Positions 19,779 to 29,365 of a stretch of 64,000 nucleotides of DNA are shown here, piece by piece. Source of the DNA: an uncultured Candidatus Rokubacteria bacterium (GTDB lineage Bacteria > Methylomirabilota > Methylomirabilia > Rokubacteriales > CSP1-6); NCBI GenBank assembly GCA_963771355.1, contig CAVYTA010000007.1:416001-480000 (forward strand), in the 5' to 3' direction. The notes under the pieces were generated by a model. That model was given only the letters and a program-made list of their open reading frames with translations. It did no database searches and was not told the DNA's origin. The first letter of the stretch is position 1; the number at the start of each line of letters is the position of its first letter. A program made the translations under genes and the position numbers.

Positions 19779-21050
19779 CTACACGGTCTGCGCGATCGGG
19801 GAGCCCGCCGGTAGCTCCGCCTCGCGCCAGTCGGCGCCGCGCGGCAGTACGGCCTCGGCGGCGGCGAGCGTCGCGTACGTGGGCTCGATGCCGCGCGGGG
19901 TGCCACCCTCACTGACGACGCTCACCGCCTCCAGCAGCAGGCGGCGCGCCTGGATGATCGCGCGGTCCGCGGGGCCGAGGTGCTCGCGGCTGCGATCGAC
20001 GATCGAGCCCATGCCCTCCTGGATGGCGCGGTCCTGCACGTTGATGCCGTCGATGCCGGTGAAGCTCTCGGTCTTCTGGACCTGCCGGTCGAGCAGGTAA
20101 TTGTTCCGGCGATTGCGGATCGCGCGGAACGTCGTCTGATCGACGTCGAGCGGCCCGTTGCCGAGCCGCCGCTCGAGCCGGTCCTCTGCGGTGAGGGGCG
20201 CGGTGCCGCTGTACTCCCAGTTGTAGACCATGGTGTTCTCGTCGTCGATCGGAACCCACATGTGACCGGCCACCAGCGGCACGCCGCTCTCCGAGCGCGA
20301 GGGACGGATCTGGTGGAACGGCAAGATGAAGTGATAGGTCCGCACATGGAAGCTCGCCTCGTCGAGGGGCCGGACGCCCGCGTAGCGGTAGCCGTAGTCG
20401 GTGATGTCGACCTCGAGCGTCGGCGCCTTCCCGCGCACGAAGGGGTTGTCGGGCTTGAAGCCTGGCCGCGTGGTGTTGGTAGTGAGCAGCCGGTGCAGGA
20501 TGGGCGCGTGCGAGGTGTCGATGCCGCCCTCCAAGCCCTGCAGCCAGTTGCTCTCCTGGATCACCTTCGACACTTGGATGTGCGTCGCCGGGATACGCGT
20601 CCACGCGAAGGCCGGCGGCGCCGGCTTCCGCTCGGGCGGCCCCATGTAGACCCAGACCACGCTCCCCACCTCCACCGTGGGGTAGGAGGCGATGAAGACC
20701 TTGTCCTTGAACTGCCGCTCCTCGGGCTCGTTCATCATGTCCACGCAACGGCCGTCCACGTCGTATTTCCAGCCGTGGTAGACGCAGCGCAGTCCGCACT
20801 CTTCGTTGCGGCCGAAGAACAGCGAGGCCCGACGGTGCGGGCAGAACTCGTCGAGGAGTCCGACGCGGCCGCGCGTGTCGCGGAACGCGACGAGGTCCTC
20901 ACCCAGCAGCCGGACGCGGACGGGCGGACCATCTGGCTCCGGCAGCTCCCGCGCGAGCAGCGCGGGGATCCAGTACCGGCGCATCGTGGCGCCCATCGGC
21001 GTGCCCTGCCCGACCTCGGTCAGCCGCGCATTGTCCTCGCGTGACAGCAT
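19779..21050 (-). CDS. Rieske non-heme iron oxygenase (phthalate 4,5-dioxygenase/LigX-like)
   Basis: CPHRRASL...CVYHGW Rieske motif; EGGIDTSHAPILH iron site; QDRAIQE. Confidence 0.93.
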   Translation of the reverse strand: MLSREDNARLTEVGQGTPMGATMRRYWIPALLARELPEPDGPPVRVRLLGEDLVAFRDTRGRVGLLDEFCPHRRASLFFGRNEECGLRCVYHGWKYDVDGRCVDMMNEPEERQFKDKVFIASYPTVEVGSVVWVYMGPPERKPAPPAFAWTRIPATHIQVSKVIQESNWLQGLEGGIDTSHAPILHRLLTTNTTRPGFKPDNPFVRGKAPTLEVDITDYGYRYAGVRPLDEASFHVRTYHFILPFHQIRPSRSESGVPLVAGHMWVPIDDENTMVYNWEYSGTAPLTAEDRLERRLGNGPLDVDQTTFRAIRNRRNNYLLDRQVQKTESFTGIDGINVQDRAIQEGMGSIVDRSREHLGPADRAIIQARRLLLEAVSVVSEGGTPRGIEPTYATLAAAEAVLPRGADWREAELPAGSPIAQTV

Positions 21051-21143
21051 GCTCGATCCTCCGTGACGGCGTCGCCGCCGGGCGGATGCGGTGAGCTCCC
21101 GACCGTTTGCGGGCAGTCTACCACCGAGCCGGATATCGGGCCC

Positions 21144-21172
21144 TTGCCTTCCAGGAAGGTGTTGTGTAACCT
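21144..21172 (+). promoter_or_regulatory. Sigma70-type promoter of tRNA-Asp
   Basis: TTGCCT-N17-TAACCT with TGTG just before the -10 box. Confidence 0.55.
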
Positions 21173-21188
21173 CGCGTAGTAGCGTCAC

Positions 21189-21266
21189 GGGCTCGTGGTG
21201 CAGCCTGGTTAGCACACTGGACTGTCAATCCAGAGGTCGCGGGTTCAATTCCCGTCGAGCCCGCCA
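21189..21266 (+). tRNA. tRNA-Asp (GTC)
   Basis: Acceptor GGGCTCG/CGAGCCC, anticodon arm CTGGA-CTGTCAA-TCCAG, T arm GGTTCAATTCC, encoded CCA. Confidence 0.97.
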
Positions 21267-21284
21267 TTCAATCAAGTGGTTAGG

Positions 21285-21309
21285 AGGGGGCGACTCGGTC
21301 GCCCCCTTC
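21285..21309 (+). terminator. Hairpin downstream of tRNA
   Basis: agggggcgac-tcg-gtcgccccct followed by a pyrimidine-rich tract. Confidence 0.65.
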
Positions 21310-21402
21310 ACTTTGTCCGAAAACCGTCCGAATCATGTTCCGGGACCGGGATGAATCTGCAGGACGGTTCGGTGCTGTTCAGCGCGAATCAAACGCGGAA
21401 GC

Positions 21403-21822
21403 TTACGGCTTGTCTCCGATGATCGCCCTTGCGGCCAAAGCGGTGACTATCCCGTACGGCAGATTTACCAGCAGCAGATAAACCGTGAACATCGGCCCGC
21501 CCTGCCGAAGCCCGAAATACCCCGCACCGCTCATCGGCAGGAAAATCAGAAACAGCGCCAGCACCGGCGCGAGGAAGTAGAGAAGGCCGAAAAGGTACAG
21601 GTGCATCCAAGCGGCATTTATCAAGATCCCAAACGGGATTCCCCACAGCCCGCCCCAGAAGAGCGGCTTATATATATCCGGCGATTTGAGTGAGACCGGC
21701 GCCATGACGCCGAGTTTCTGGCTAAGCCCCAACGCGAACAGGACGTGGCTGAAGAGGACTACGGCCAGTGCGCCTATGACTCCCGCCGCGAAGCAGATTG
21801 CCACCCGCTGTAGGACGTTCAT
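21403..21822 (-). CDS. Hypothetical 4-TM membrane protein (lower GC)
   Basis: Hydrophobic ORF, LFWGGLWG motif; visibly more AT-rich than neighbours. Confidence 0.75.
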   Translation of the reverse strand: MNVLQRVAICFAAGVIGALAVVLFSHVLFALGLSQKLGVMAPVSLKSPDIYKPLFWGGLWGIPFGILINAAWMHLYLFGLLYFLAPVLALFLIFLPMSGAGYFGLRQGGPMFTVYLLLVNLPYGIVTALAARAIIGDKP

Positions 21823-22104
21823 GACGACAACCCCTTTCAATTGAGAAGATTTGAAGTGCGTCACGTCCATCGCTGTGAGTTGCGTAGCGAGCTACCTGGT
21901 GCCCGGTATGTTAGGCCCGGTTGATAGCGAGATCCAGGCACAGCAAAGACGCCTGGCTAACTCGCCGGATCGCTAGACTCACTCGGTCCGATCAGTCCCT
22001 GGGCCGGTGCTTTTCTCGTCCGTTCGGATTAGTATGAGGATATGTGTGGACCGGGCAGCTCACCTGGCGCAGTGCTGAGCGCCTCTTCCTCGGGAGGTCC
22101 CTTC

Positions 22105-22425
22105 ATGCGTGCACCCCGGCTTCTCTCGCTCCTGCTCTCCCTGGTGCTGCTTACCGGCTTCGTGACCGCGCCGGCCGTCGCCCAGCCCTTGGCACCGCCG
22201 CCGTCGGAAGCCGCGCACGTCGCCGCGGGATTCGCCAACGTGTTCTACGTGCCCGGTAAGGCCCTCACCTGCGCGGGCAGCGCGGTCCTCTGGGTGGTGA
22301 TCCTCGGTGTCTCCTTCGGCACCCTCTACGAGGACGCCACCCACATCGCTGCGGGCGGCTGCGGCGGCAAGTGGACAGTGCACGGCCGAGACCTCCAGCC
22401 CGCGCTCCAGGCCGCGGCCCCCTGA
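22105..22425 (+). CDS. Hypothetical exported/membrane protein
   Basis: RBS GGAGGT, signal peptide AVA-Q, ANVFYVPGKALTC and GGCGGKW. Confidence 0.65.
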   Translation: MRAPRLLSLLLSLVLLTGFVTAPAVAQPLAPPPSEAAHVAAGFANVFYVPGKALTCAGSAVLWVVILGVSFGTLYEDATHIAAGGCGGKWTVHGRDLQPALQAAAP

Positions 22426-22462
22426 CCGGACACCTCGGCGCTCGCCGACCCGTTCTCCGCGC

Positions 22463-23899
22463 TCAGTATTCCGCCAGCAGGCGATCTACCATCGCCTTGG
22501 CGGAGGTCCAGTCGAAGGAGCGGAACATGCGGCGGTTCACCACGGGCTGCGCCGCGGAGTAGAACATCTCGTACTGGAGCTGGCGGCCGCCGTACTCGGT
22601 GCCGATGAGGTCCCAGATCAGCCGGAGCAGCTTGACGCGCTCGCGCGCGGGAGCCGCCGTCGACTGGTAGTAGCGCTCGGTGTTGGCGCGCGTCTCGGGC
22701 GCGAAGAAGCTCGCTTCGGACGACGGCAGGTGCTGGAAGGCGCCGCCGGCGAGCTCTCGGATGGTCCGATAGAGATCGACGATGACGCGGCGCTGCAGTC
22801 CCATCCCCGCATAGATGTACTGCGGGTGCGGCCTTGCGTAACCCTCGCTGATCAGGGGAAACCGCTCGGCCGCCTTCACGAGCCCGTCGAAGGCGGCGCA
22901 GAAGGTGGCGATCTCGCCGCCCAGCATGGCCTGGGTGGTGGGGTCGCCCTCGCCGCGGCCTACCTCCACGAGCTTCATCGCCAGACCGGCCATCAGCTCG
23001 AGCTTCACGCCGAAGCGCACCAGCGACTGGAAGTTGGCAGTGGTGTGAGCGGGCGACTCGTGGAACTGGGCGGTGACCAGCTCGACGTTCCGGTGGACGA
23101 ACACGTGCTCCCAGGGCACGAACACGTCGTCGAAGACGACGGTGGTGTCGACCTCGTCGAAGCGCGCGGAGAGCGGATAGTCGTACACGCTGGTCGCGAG
23201 GGTCGCATACGGGCGGCGGGGGAGGAGACGAAGGCCCTCGGCATTCACCGGCACCACCAGCGAGATCGCGTAGTCCTGATCGCCGGGTGCCAGCGGCGTG
23301 ATGTAGCTCACGTAAAGCCAGTTCGCCATGGTCACCGAGGTCGCGATGGAGTGGGCGCCCCGGATCACGATCCCGGCGTCCGTCTCCTTGACGACGCCCG
23401 TGTGCAGGAACGGCTCGGGATGCTGGTTTGCCGGCGTCGATCGGTCGATCTGAGGGGGCACGATGGCGTAGGCGACGTAGAGATCCTCGTCGCGCGCCTT
23501 CTCGTAGAAGCGCACGACGTTGTCGCCGAATTGCCGCCCGCCGCGGTCGAAGAGCTGGCGCCAGCCGGCGAACCCGGTCAGCACCGAGGCGACGTGATCG
23601 GGTGTGCGGCCCATGAGCCCGTAGGAGCCTTCCGCCCAGAACCGGTGAACCGCGCGCCGGCGCCCGAGATCCTCGGCCGAGCGAGGGATGAGCCACATCG
23701 CGCCGATGCGGCGGCCGCTGGCGGGATCGACACAGGTGGTCGTGTCGGGTGAGCCGCCGGCGGCATCGTATCGCTCGGCGATGCGCCGGATCGACTCCGA
23801 GAAGGCCGGGTGCGCCGCTACATCAGCGACCCGCTCCCCGTCGAGAAAGATCGCGCGGCCGTCCCGGAGGCTCGCCAGGTACTCGCTCGCCGAGCGCAT
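22463..23899 (-). CDS. 4-hydroxyphenylacetate 3-hydroxylase family flavin monooxygenase (HpaB-like)
   Basis: EYLASLRDGRAIFLDGERV, GRTPDH, PPQIDR, RFDEVD, GGRQLQYEMFY. Confidence 0.92.
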   Translation of the reverse strand: MRSASEYLASLRDGRAIFLDGERVADVAAHPAFSESIRRIAERYDAAGGSPDTTTCVDPASGRRIGAMWLIPRSAEDLGRRRAVHRFWAEGSYGLMGRTPDHVASVLTGFAGWRQLFDRGGRQFGDNVVRFYEKARDEDLYVAYAIVPPQIDRSTPANQHPEPFLHTGVVKETDAGIVIRGAHSIATSVTMANWLYVSYITPLAPGDQDYAISLVVPVNAEGLRLLPRRPYATLATSVYDYPLSARFDEVDTTVVFDDVFVPWEHVFVHRNVELVTAQFHESPAHTTANFQSLVRFGVKLELMAGLAMKLVEVGRGEGDPTTQAMLGGEIATFCAAFDGLVKAAERFPLISEGYARPHPQYIYAGMGLQRRVIVDLYRTIRELAGGAFQHLPSSEASFFAPETRANTERYYQSTAAPARERVKLLRLIWDLIGTEYGGRQLQYEMFYSAAQPVVNRRMFRSFDWTSAKAMVDRLLAEY

Positions 23900-24014
23900 G
23901 ACGAGACCCTCGCACACACCATGGGACGCGGGCAAGGGGACCGAGGGCGCCGAGTGTTGATCGGGGTGATACGGTAGGATTCCTACAAGCATTCCTACAC
24001 CAGGAGGGCAAAGC

Positions 24015-24911
24015 ATGGAGCGCAAGGCGGGGGGCGAGTTCAACCAGGAGCTGCTCAACCTCTTCGACCTGTACGTGCACGGGGACATCGACCGGCGCGG
24101 ATTCCTCGACCGGGCGGCGAAGTTCGCGGTCGGCGGGGTCACCGCGGCCATGCTGCTCGATTCGCTGAGTCCCCGGTTCGCGGAGGCGCAGCAGGTCGCG
24201 AAGGACGACAAGCGGCTCCGGATCGAGTGGATCGACTACGAGTCCCCGCAGGGGACGGGCAAGGTCCGGGCCTATCTGGCGAGGCCCGAGGCGGTCACCG
24301 GGAAGCTCCCGGGCGTCCTCGTCGTCCACGAGAATCGTGGCCTGAACCCGCACATCGAGGACATCACGCGCCGCCTCGCGCTGGAGAATTTCGTGACGCT
24401 GGCGCCGGATGCGCTGACCCCGCTGGGCGGGTATCCGGGCGACGAGGACAAGGCGCGGGAGGCGTTCGCCAAGCTCGACCAGACGAAGACGCGTGAGGAT
24501 TTCGTGGCGGCCGCGGGAGTCCTCAAGAGCCGGCCCGAATGCACGGGGAAGATCGGCACCGTGGGCTTCTGCTATGGCGGCGCCATCGCAAACATGCTGG
24601 CCACCCGGCTGCCCGATATCGGCGCCGCGGTACCGTTCTACGGGACGCAGCCCACCGCGGCCGAGGCCGCGCGGATCAAGGCGCCGCTGCTGATCCACTA
24701 CGCGGACAACGACGACCGGGTCAACTCAGGCTGGCCGGCATACGAGGCCGCGCTCAAGGCAAGCAATGTGCCGTACACGATGTACCGCTATCCGGGCACG
24801 CAGCACGGCTTCAACAACGACACCACGCCGCGCTACGATCGGGCCGCCGCCGCGCTCGCATGGCAGCGCACGGTCGACTTCCTGAACAAGAACCTGCGCG
24901 CGGCGGGGTAG
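24015..24911 (+). CDS. Dienelactone hydrolase family (YghX-like)
   Basis: DRRGFL leader, HENRGLNPHIED, GFCYGG nucleophile, HGFNND. Confidence 0.93.
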   Translation: MERKAGGEFNQELLNLFDLYVHGDIDRRGFLDRAAKFAVGGVTAAMLLDSLSPRFAEAQQVAKDDKRLRIEWIDYESPQGTGKVRAYLARPEAVTGKLPGVLVVHENRGLNPHIEDITRRLALENFVTLAPDALTPLGGYPGDEDKAREAFAKLDQTKTREDFVAAAGVLKSRPECTGKIGTVGFCYGGAIANMLATRLPDIGAAVPFYGTQPTAAEAARIKAPLLIHYADNDDRVNSGWPAYEAALKASNVPYTMYRYPGTQHGFNNDTTPRYDRAAAALAWQRTVDFLNKNLRAAG

Positions 24912-24918
24912 GGGTGCG

Positions 24919-26181
24919 CTACCGCCAGGCCTGCTCCAGCGGCCTCCCCGGGCGCCGGAGCAGGCCCACCGCGATGCCGATGTTCAGCAGGTTCCAGAGG
25001 ATGCCGTTCACGAAGGCGGTGTGGTAGGACCCGGTCAGGTCGAAGATCACGCCGGACATCCACCCGCCGAGAGCCATGCCGAACACGGTGGCCATGATCA
25101 CCGTGGCCACGCGGACGCCCGCCTCCTCCGGGGGAAAGAACTCCCGGATGATGACCGCGTAGGCGGGGACGATCCCGCCCTGGAAGAGGCCGAACAGCGC
25201 CGAGAGCGCGTAGAGCGCGGGGAGATTGTCGAAGGGCAGGAAGAGTACCAGCGCCAGCGCCTGCAGGCTCGAGCCCAGCAGGAGCGTGCGCCGTCCGCCG
25301 ATCTGGTCACAGACCCAGCCCGAGGCGAGGCGGCTCACGATGCCGAAGCCCAGCATGAAGGAGAGCATCTGCGCGCCCCGCGCCGCCCCATAGCCCAGGT
25401 CGGCGCAATAGGCCACGATGTGGACCTGCGGCATCGACATGGCGACGCAGCAGCTGAGGCCGGCGATGATCAGCACCGTCTGCAGCGCGGCGGGCGACAT
25501 GCCGAGGGGCCGCGAGACCCGGGCCCCGACGTGGGACGTCCCGGAGGACGTCTCGACCAGCGGGGACCGCCGGCGCAGAATCAGCGCGAGCGGCAACATC
25601 GTCGCTACGCAGAAGACGGCGATGCCGAGGAAGGTGTGGCGCCATCCGACGCTCTGGATGAAATGCTGGACCACCGGCGGCCACGCGGTGCCGGCGAGGT
25701 AGCTGCCGCTGGCGATGATGGCCACGGCCATGCCGCGACGGCGGGTGAACCAGAGCGAGGTATCGGCGATCACCGGCGCGAATGTGGCCGAGCTGCCGAA
25801 CCCCACGAACAGGCCCTGCGCGAGCACGAACTGCCAGAGGCTCGTCGCCTGACTGGCCAGGGCATACCCGAGCGCGAGGAAGACGGTTCCGCCGGCGACG
25901 GGGGTGAGGATGCCGAAGCGATCGGACAGGCGCCCCATGATGATGCCGCCCAGCCCGAAGCAGATCATGGTCACGGTGTAGGGCAGCGACGCAGCGGAGC
26001 GTGCCACCCCGAACTCCGCCTGGATCGCCGGAAGGGCCACGATCACCGACCACATGCCCACCCCGCCGATCCCCGACAGCAGCAGCGCGGCGGCGAGCCG
26101 GGTCCATGCGTACGGAGACTCCGGCACACCACGGGAAGCGGTCTCCGCGGAGCTGCCGGCGTCGCTGACGGGCTCGAACAT
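24919..26181 (-). CDS. MFS transporter
   Basis: About 12 TM; GRLSDRFG and CDQIGGRR motif A. Confidence 0.9.
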   Translation of the reverse strand: MFEPVSDAGSSAETASRGVPESPYAWTRLAAALLLSGIGGVGMWSVIVALPAIQAEFGVARSAASLPYTVTMICFGLGGIIMGRLSDRFGILTPVAGGTVFLALGYALASQATSLWQFVLAQGLFVGFGSSATFAPVIADTSLWFTRRRGMAVAIIASGSYLAGTAWPPVVQHFIQSVGWRHTFLGIAVFCVATMLPLALILRRRSPLVETSSGTSHVGARVSRPLGMSPAALQTVLIIAGLSCCVAMSMPQVHIVAYCADLGYGAARGAQMLSFMLGFGIVSRLASGWVCDQIGGRRTLLLGSSLQALALVLFLPFDNLPALYALSALFGLFQGGIVPAYAVIIREFFPPEEAGVRVATVIMATVFGMALGGWMSGVIFDLTGSYHTAFVNGILWNLLNIGIAVGLLRRPGRPLEQAWR

Positions 26182-26300
26182 GATGACGGTGTTCAGTATC
26201 AGGGATGCGCGATGCTTTGTGATCAGCCAATTCCCCGTGGTTTTGGACGGCATTGGGAGCGGGCCGGCACGGTGGGGGTGGTAGAGTAGGCGCCCACACG

Positions 26301-27300
26301 ATGCGCACGATCGACATCCACGCGCACCTGGTGCCGCAATCGCTCTGGCGGGCCGCGGACGCCGGCAAGGAGTGGCACGGGTTCCGCCATGAGCCCGGCG
26401 AGGGCGTCGGGGTCTTCGTCGGCGGCGGCAAGCGGCACGGCTTCGTGTCGCCCAAGGTGCGCTTCACGGCGGAGGAGCGCCTCCAGGACATGGACGCGCA
26501 GGGCGTGGACGTCCAGGTCATCTCGATTCACACGCCATTCTTCGGCTATCACCTCGATGTCCGCCGAGGGGCAGGCGCTGGCCCGGGAAGTCAACGACGA
26601 GATCGCGGCCATGGTGCGCCAGTGGCCGCGACGCTTCGCGGGCCTCGCCACGCTCCCGATGCAGAACGTGAACGCCGCCATCGCCGAGCTGGAGCGCGCG
26701 GTCACGGTGCTCGGGCTCAAGGGCGCCGAGCTCGATACGGTGGTGAATGGCGAGAACTGGGACGAGCCCAGGTTCCTCGACTTCTTCAAGGCGGCGGAGG
26801 CGATGGGGGCCGTCCTCTTCTACCACCCGCAACCGTTCCACAACTTCATGGTGGAGCGCGCGGGGCGCTACGGGCTCAACAATAGCCTCGGCGTCATCGT
26901 GGAGGACGCGATCGTCGTCGCGGTCCTGATCTTCGGCGGCGTGCTGGAAGCCTGTCCGCGCCTCAAGGTGTGCGTCGCCCACGGCGGCGGGCCGGCGTGC
27001 TACGCGATGGGCCGGCTGGATCGCGGTTGGCAGACGCGCCCCGACGCGCAGCGGCGCATTCCCCAGCCGCCCAGCGCGTATCAGCGCCGGCTCTACTACG
27101 ACAGCGTGGTGGGGAGCGAGGCGGCCCTCCGCTTTCTGCTCGACCAGGTCGGCGCGGACCGCGTGGTCCTCGGCAGCGATTGGCCCTTCGTGCCCTGGCA
27201 TCCGTCGCCGGTCGCCTGGGTCCAGGGCCTCGCCACCCTCACGGCGGAGGAGAAGGAGCGGATCCTCTGGCGAAACGTGGAGGGGTTGCTGGGGCTATAG
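26301..27300 (+). CDS. Amidohydrolase-2 (ACMSD/decarboxylase-like), frameshift near 26560
   Basis: IDIHAH in the first frame; YHP, AHGGG, GSDWPF in the second. Confidence 0.85.
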
Positions 27301-27336
27301 CCCCGCTCGGCCTCCTTCGAAGCGAGGCGCGCCGGC

Positions 27337-27802
27337 CTATTTGGCCAGCGCCTCGCGCATCCGGGCCAGCGCCGAGCCGTACACGTGCTCAGGGCGCAGC
27401 ACCATCGCGACCCGCTTGTCGGCCTCCGCGATGCGGTCGTATTCGTCCCAGTCCTTGCTCCGGCGCTTCGTGGTGGCGCTGAAGATGTGGCGGCGCGCCA
27501 GGCGAAGCGCGTCAGGATCGGCATTGCCCGGAGTGGGTGAGCTCCGCTTTGCCCTCGAAGACCAGGAACCCGGACCACCAGTCGGCGTGTGAGATCAACA
27601 CCGAGCAGCGAGGGTCTCGAAGCAGGTTCTTGAACTTCATCCGGTTCTCGGTGATGGAGATCCCCACGCCCCCGTCTCGCGGGTAGACGGTGACGATGCT
27701 GAGCTGGGGCATGCCGCTCCGTCGGAACGACGTCAGAACGCCCTGCGGGTTGTCGTGGATGAACTGCTCGATCTGCGGCGCCAGGGGAGCGTGCGTCGGC
27801 AT
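27337..27802 (-). CDS. PPOX-class (putative F420-dependent) oxidoreductase, frameshift near 27520-27540
   Basis: GVLTSFRRSGMPQLS, KFKNLLRDPRCS; C-terminus continues in another frame (DKRVAMVLRPEHVYG). Confidence 0.75.
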
Positions 27803-28053
27803 CGGGGCCTCCTCCGTGAGGTGGGGTCAGGTCTCGGCTCTTCCGGTGCGGCATTGTCGTTCGGCCTGGCCCGGCCGGTCAACGCCGACGAGATCGAACG
27901 GGCGCCGACCGGGCAGATGCGGCCGCGCAGTTTCCGATCCGAACAGAAGGGCCAACTTGCCCCAAACTTGCCCCGAACCATCGAGGACGGAGAGAGACTA
28001 CGGGCAGGAATGTCGGAGACGAGCGGCGACCGGCAAGTTCTGGATGTAGCGCT

Positions 28054-28100
28054 ACTGTCATTTCCAGAGGTCGCGGGTTCAATTCCGGTCGAGGCCGCCA
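28054..28100 (+). repeat. attR-like degenerate copy of the tRNA-Asp 3' half
   Basis: actgtca-tt-tccagaggtcgcgggttcaattccggtcgaggccgcca vs tRNA actgtca-a-tccagaggtcgcgggttcaattcccgtcgagcccgcca. Confidence 0.85.
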
Positions 28101-28166
28101 ATCAATGACAAACGTCTCGCTTGTCGTCGTTCGATCATGCCCGTGGTTCTTGGCACGAGCTGACGC

Positions 28167-29353
28167 TCATCCCCACCGGGGCTGCGCGTCGGGATCGATC
28201 CCGAGGGTCAGCTTGGCGACGATCTCGTGGGTCAGGGCGGAGTTGGCCGGATGGATGCGGCTGAGACGGGCGTCACGGAACAGGCGCTCGATGCCGGAGG
28301 CGGCGAAGATGCCGTAGCCCCCGGCGAGATCGAGCGCGGTGTCCACCACCTTCCACACCACCTCGGCCGTCCGGTGCTTCGTGGCCACGATCTTCAGCGG
28401 CCACGCGCCGCCGTGGTCCACCCCCTGGGTCCAGTCGTCGGCGAGGCGATCGATCTGGGGGCCGATCCCCTCCAGCTCGATCACCATGTCCGCGACGGCG
28501 TGCTGCACCTCAGGGTGGTGGATCAGCGACGCCGCTGGAGATTGCGATCGAGGTCTTCGTTTTGAGGTTGTCGACCGTCAGGTCGAGCACGTGGCGGGCG
28601 AGTCCATAGTAGACGTTCGCGAAGCCGGTCAGCGCCCAGGCGAAGATGGCCAGGATGAACAGGTCGGCGCCGGCGAACCCGGGGGGAACCACGCGCGCGA
28701 TGTACCGGTCGGCCACGAAGGCCCCCTGGAGCGCGGTGTCCTGGCTGGCGGTGGCGCGCATCCCGAGGACGTCCCAGGTCTCCTTGATCGAGTACCCCTC
28801 GGTCGCCCGCGGCATGAAGGCGTGCACGATCTTCGGCGCGGCCGGATCGCTCGAGTCCATCCCGTGCAGGCCGAGGTAGGTCCAGACCGGCGTGAGGCTG
28901 CCGAAGGACTTGTGTCCGGTGAACCGGTAGCCGCCGGCGACGCGCTCCGCCTTCGTCGTGGACAGAAACAGCGGCATATCGTTTCCACGCTCGGCGTGGC
29001 CCGCCGCGAACACCTCCCCGTCGATGGCGCCGCGTCAGCATCCACTCGAGCGAGCGGTCTCCTGCTCGCCAGAGGTCCGCGGCGACTCCGACCCAGTACA
29101 CGTGCATGTTCATCGCCAGCGCGGTGGCATGCGCGTAGTAACCGAGCCGGCGCTGCTCGCGCATGCATTCCGCGAAGGTGAAACCCCGCCCCCCCAGCTC
29201 GCGCGGCGCGGCGATGGCGAGATAGCCCGCCTGGCGGAGCTCGTCAAAGTCCTCTTGGAAGAAGCGGTTGTCCCGGTCGTAGCCGGGCGCGCGCTCCCGG
29301 AACCGCTGGAGCATCGCCTCGGACAGGAGCGGGGACGCGGTTGGTGCGGGCAT
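28167..29353 (-). CDS. Acyl-CoA dehydrogenase family protein, two frameshifts (near 29030 and 28515)
   Basis: PRELGGRG, FTGHKSFGS, GMRATAS, IERLFRDARL in three consecutive ORF pieces. Confidence 0.8.
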
Positions 29354-29365
29354 GAGCGTCGCCTC

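Larger units (their letters stand above)
21267..28100. mobile_element. Degenerate genomic island integrated at tRNA-Asp (no integrase)
   Basis: Bounded by the tRNA 3' half and its degenerate direct copy at 28054-28100; IHF consensus at 21270. Confidence 0.65.

Noticed and set aside
21905..21965. GTTAGGC and GGCTAAC resembling integron attC core sites
   Set aside because: Order is reversed relative to attC (RYYYAAC...GTTRRRY), there is no paired stem and no integrase.
22065..22080. TGGCGC...GC possible sigma54 promoter
   Set aside because: Spacing is GG-N11-GC, not the required N10.
28054..28100. Second tRNA gene
   Set aside because: No 5' half or D arm and broken stems; treated as an att remnant.
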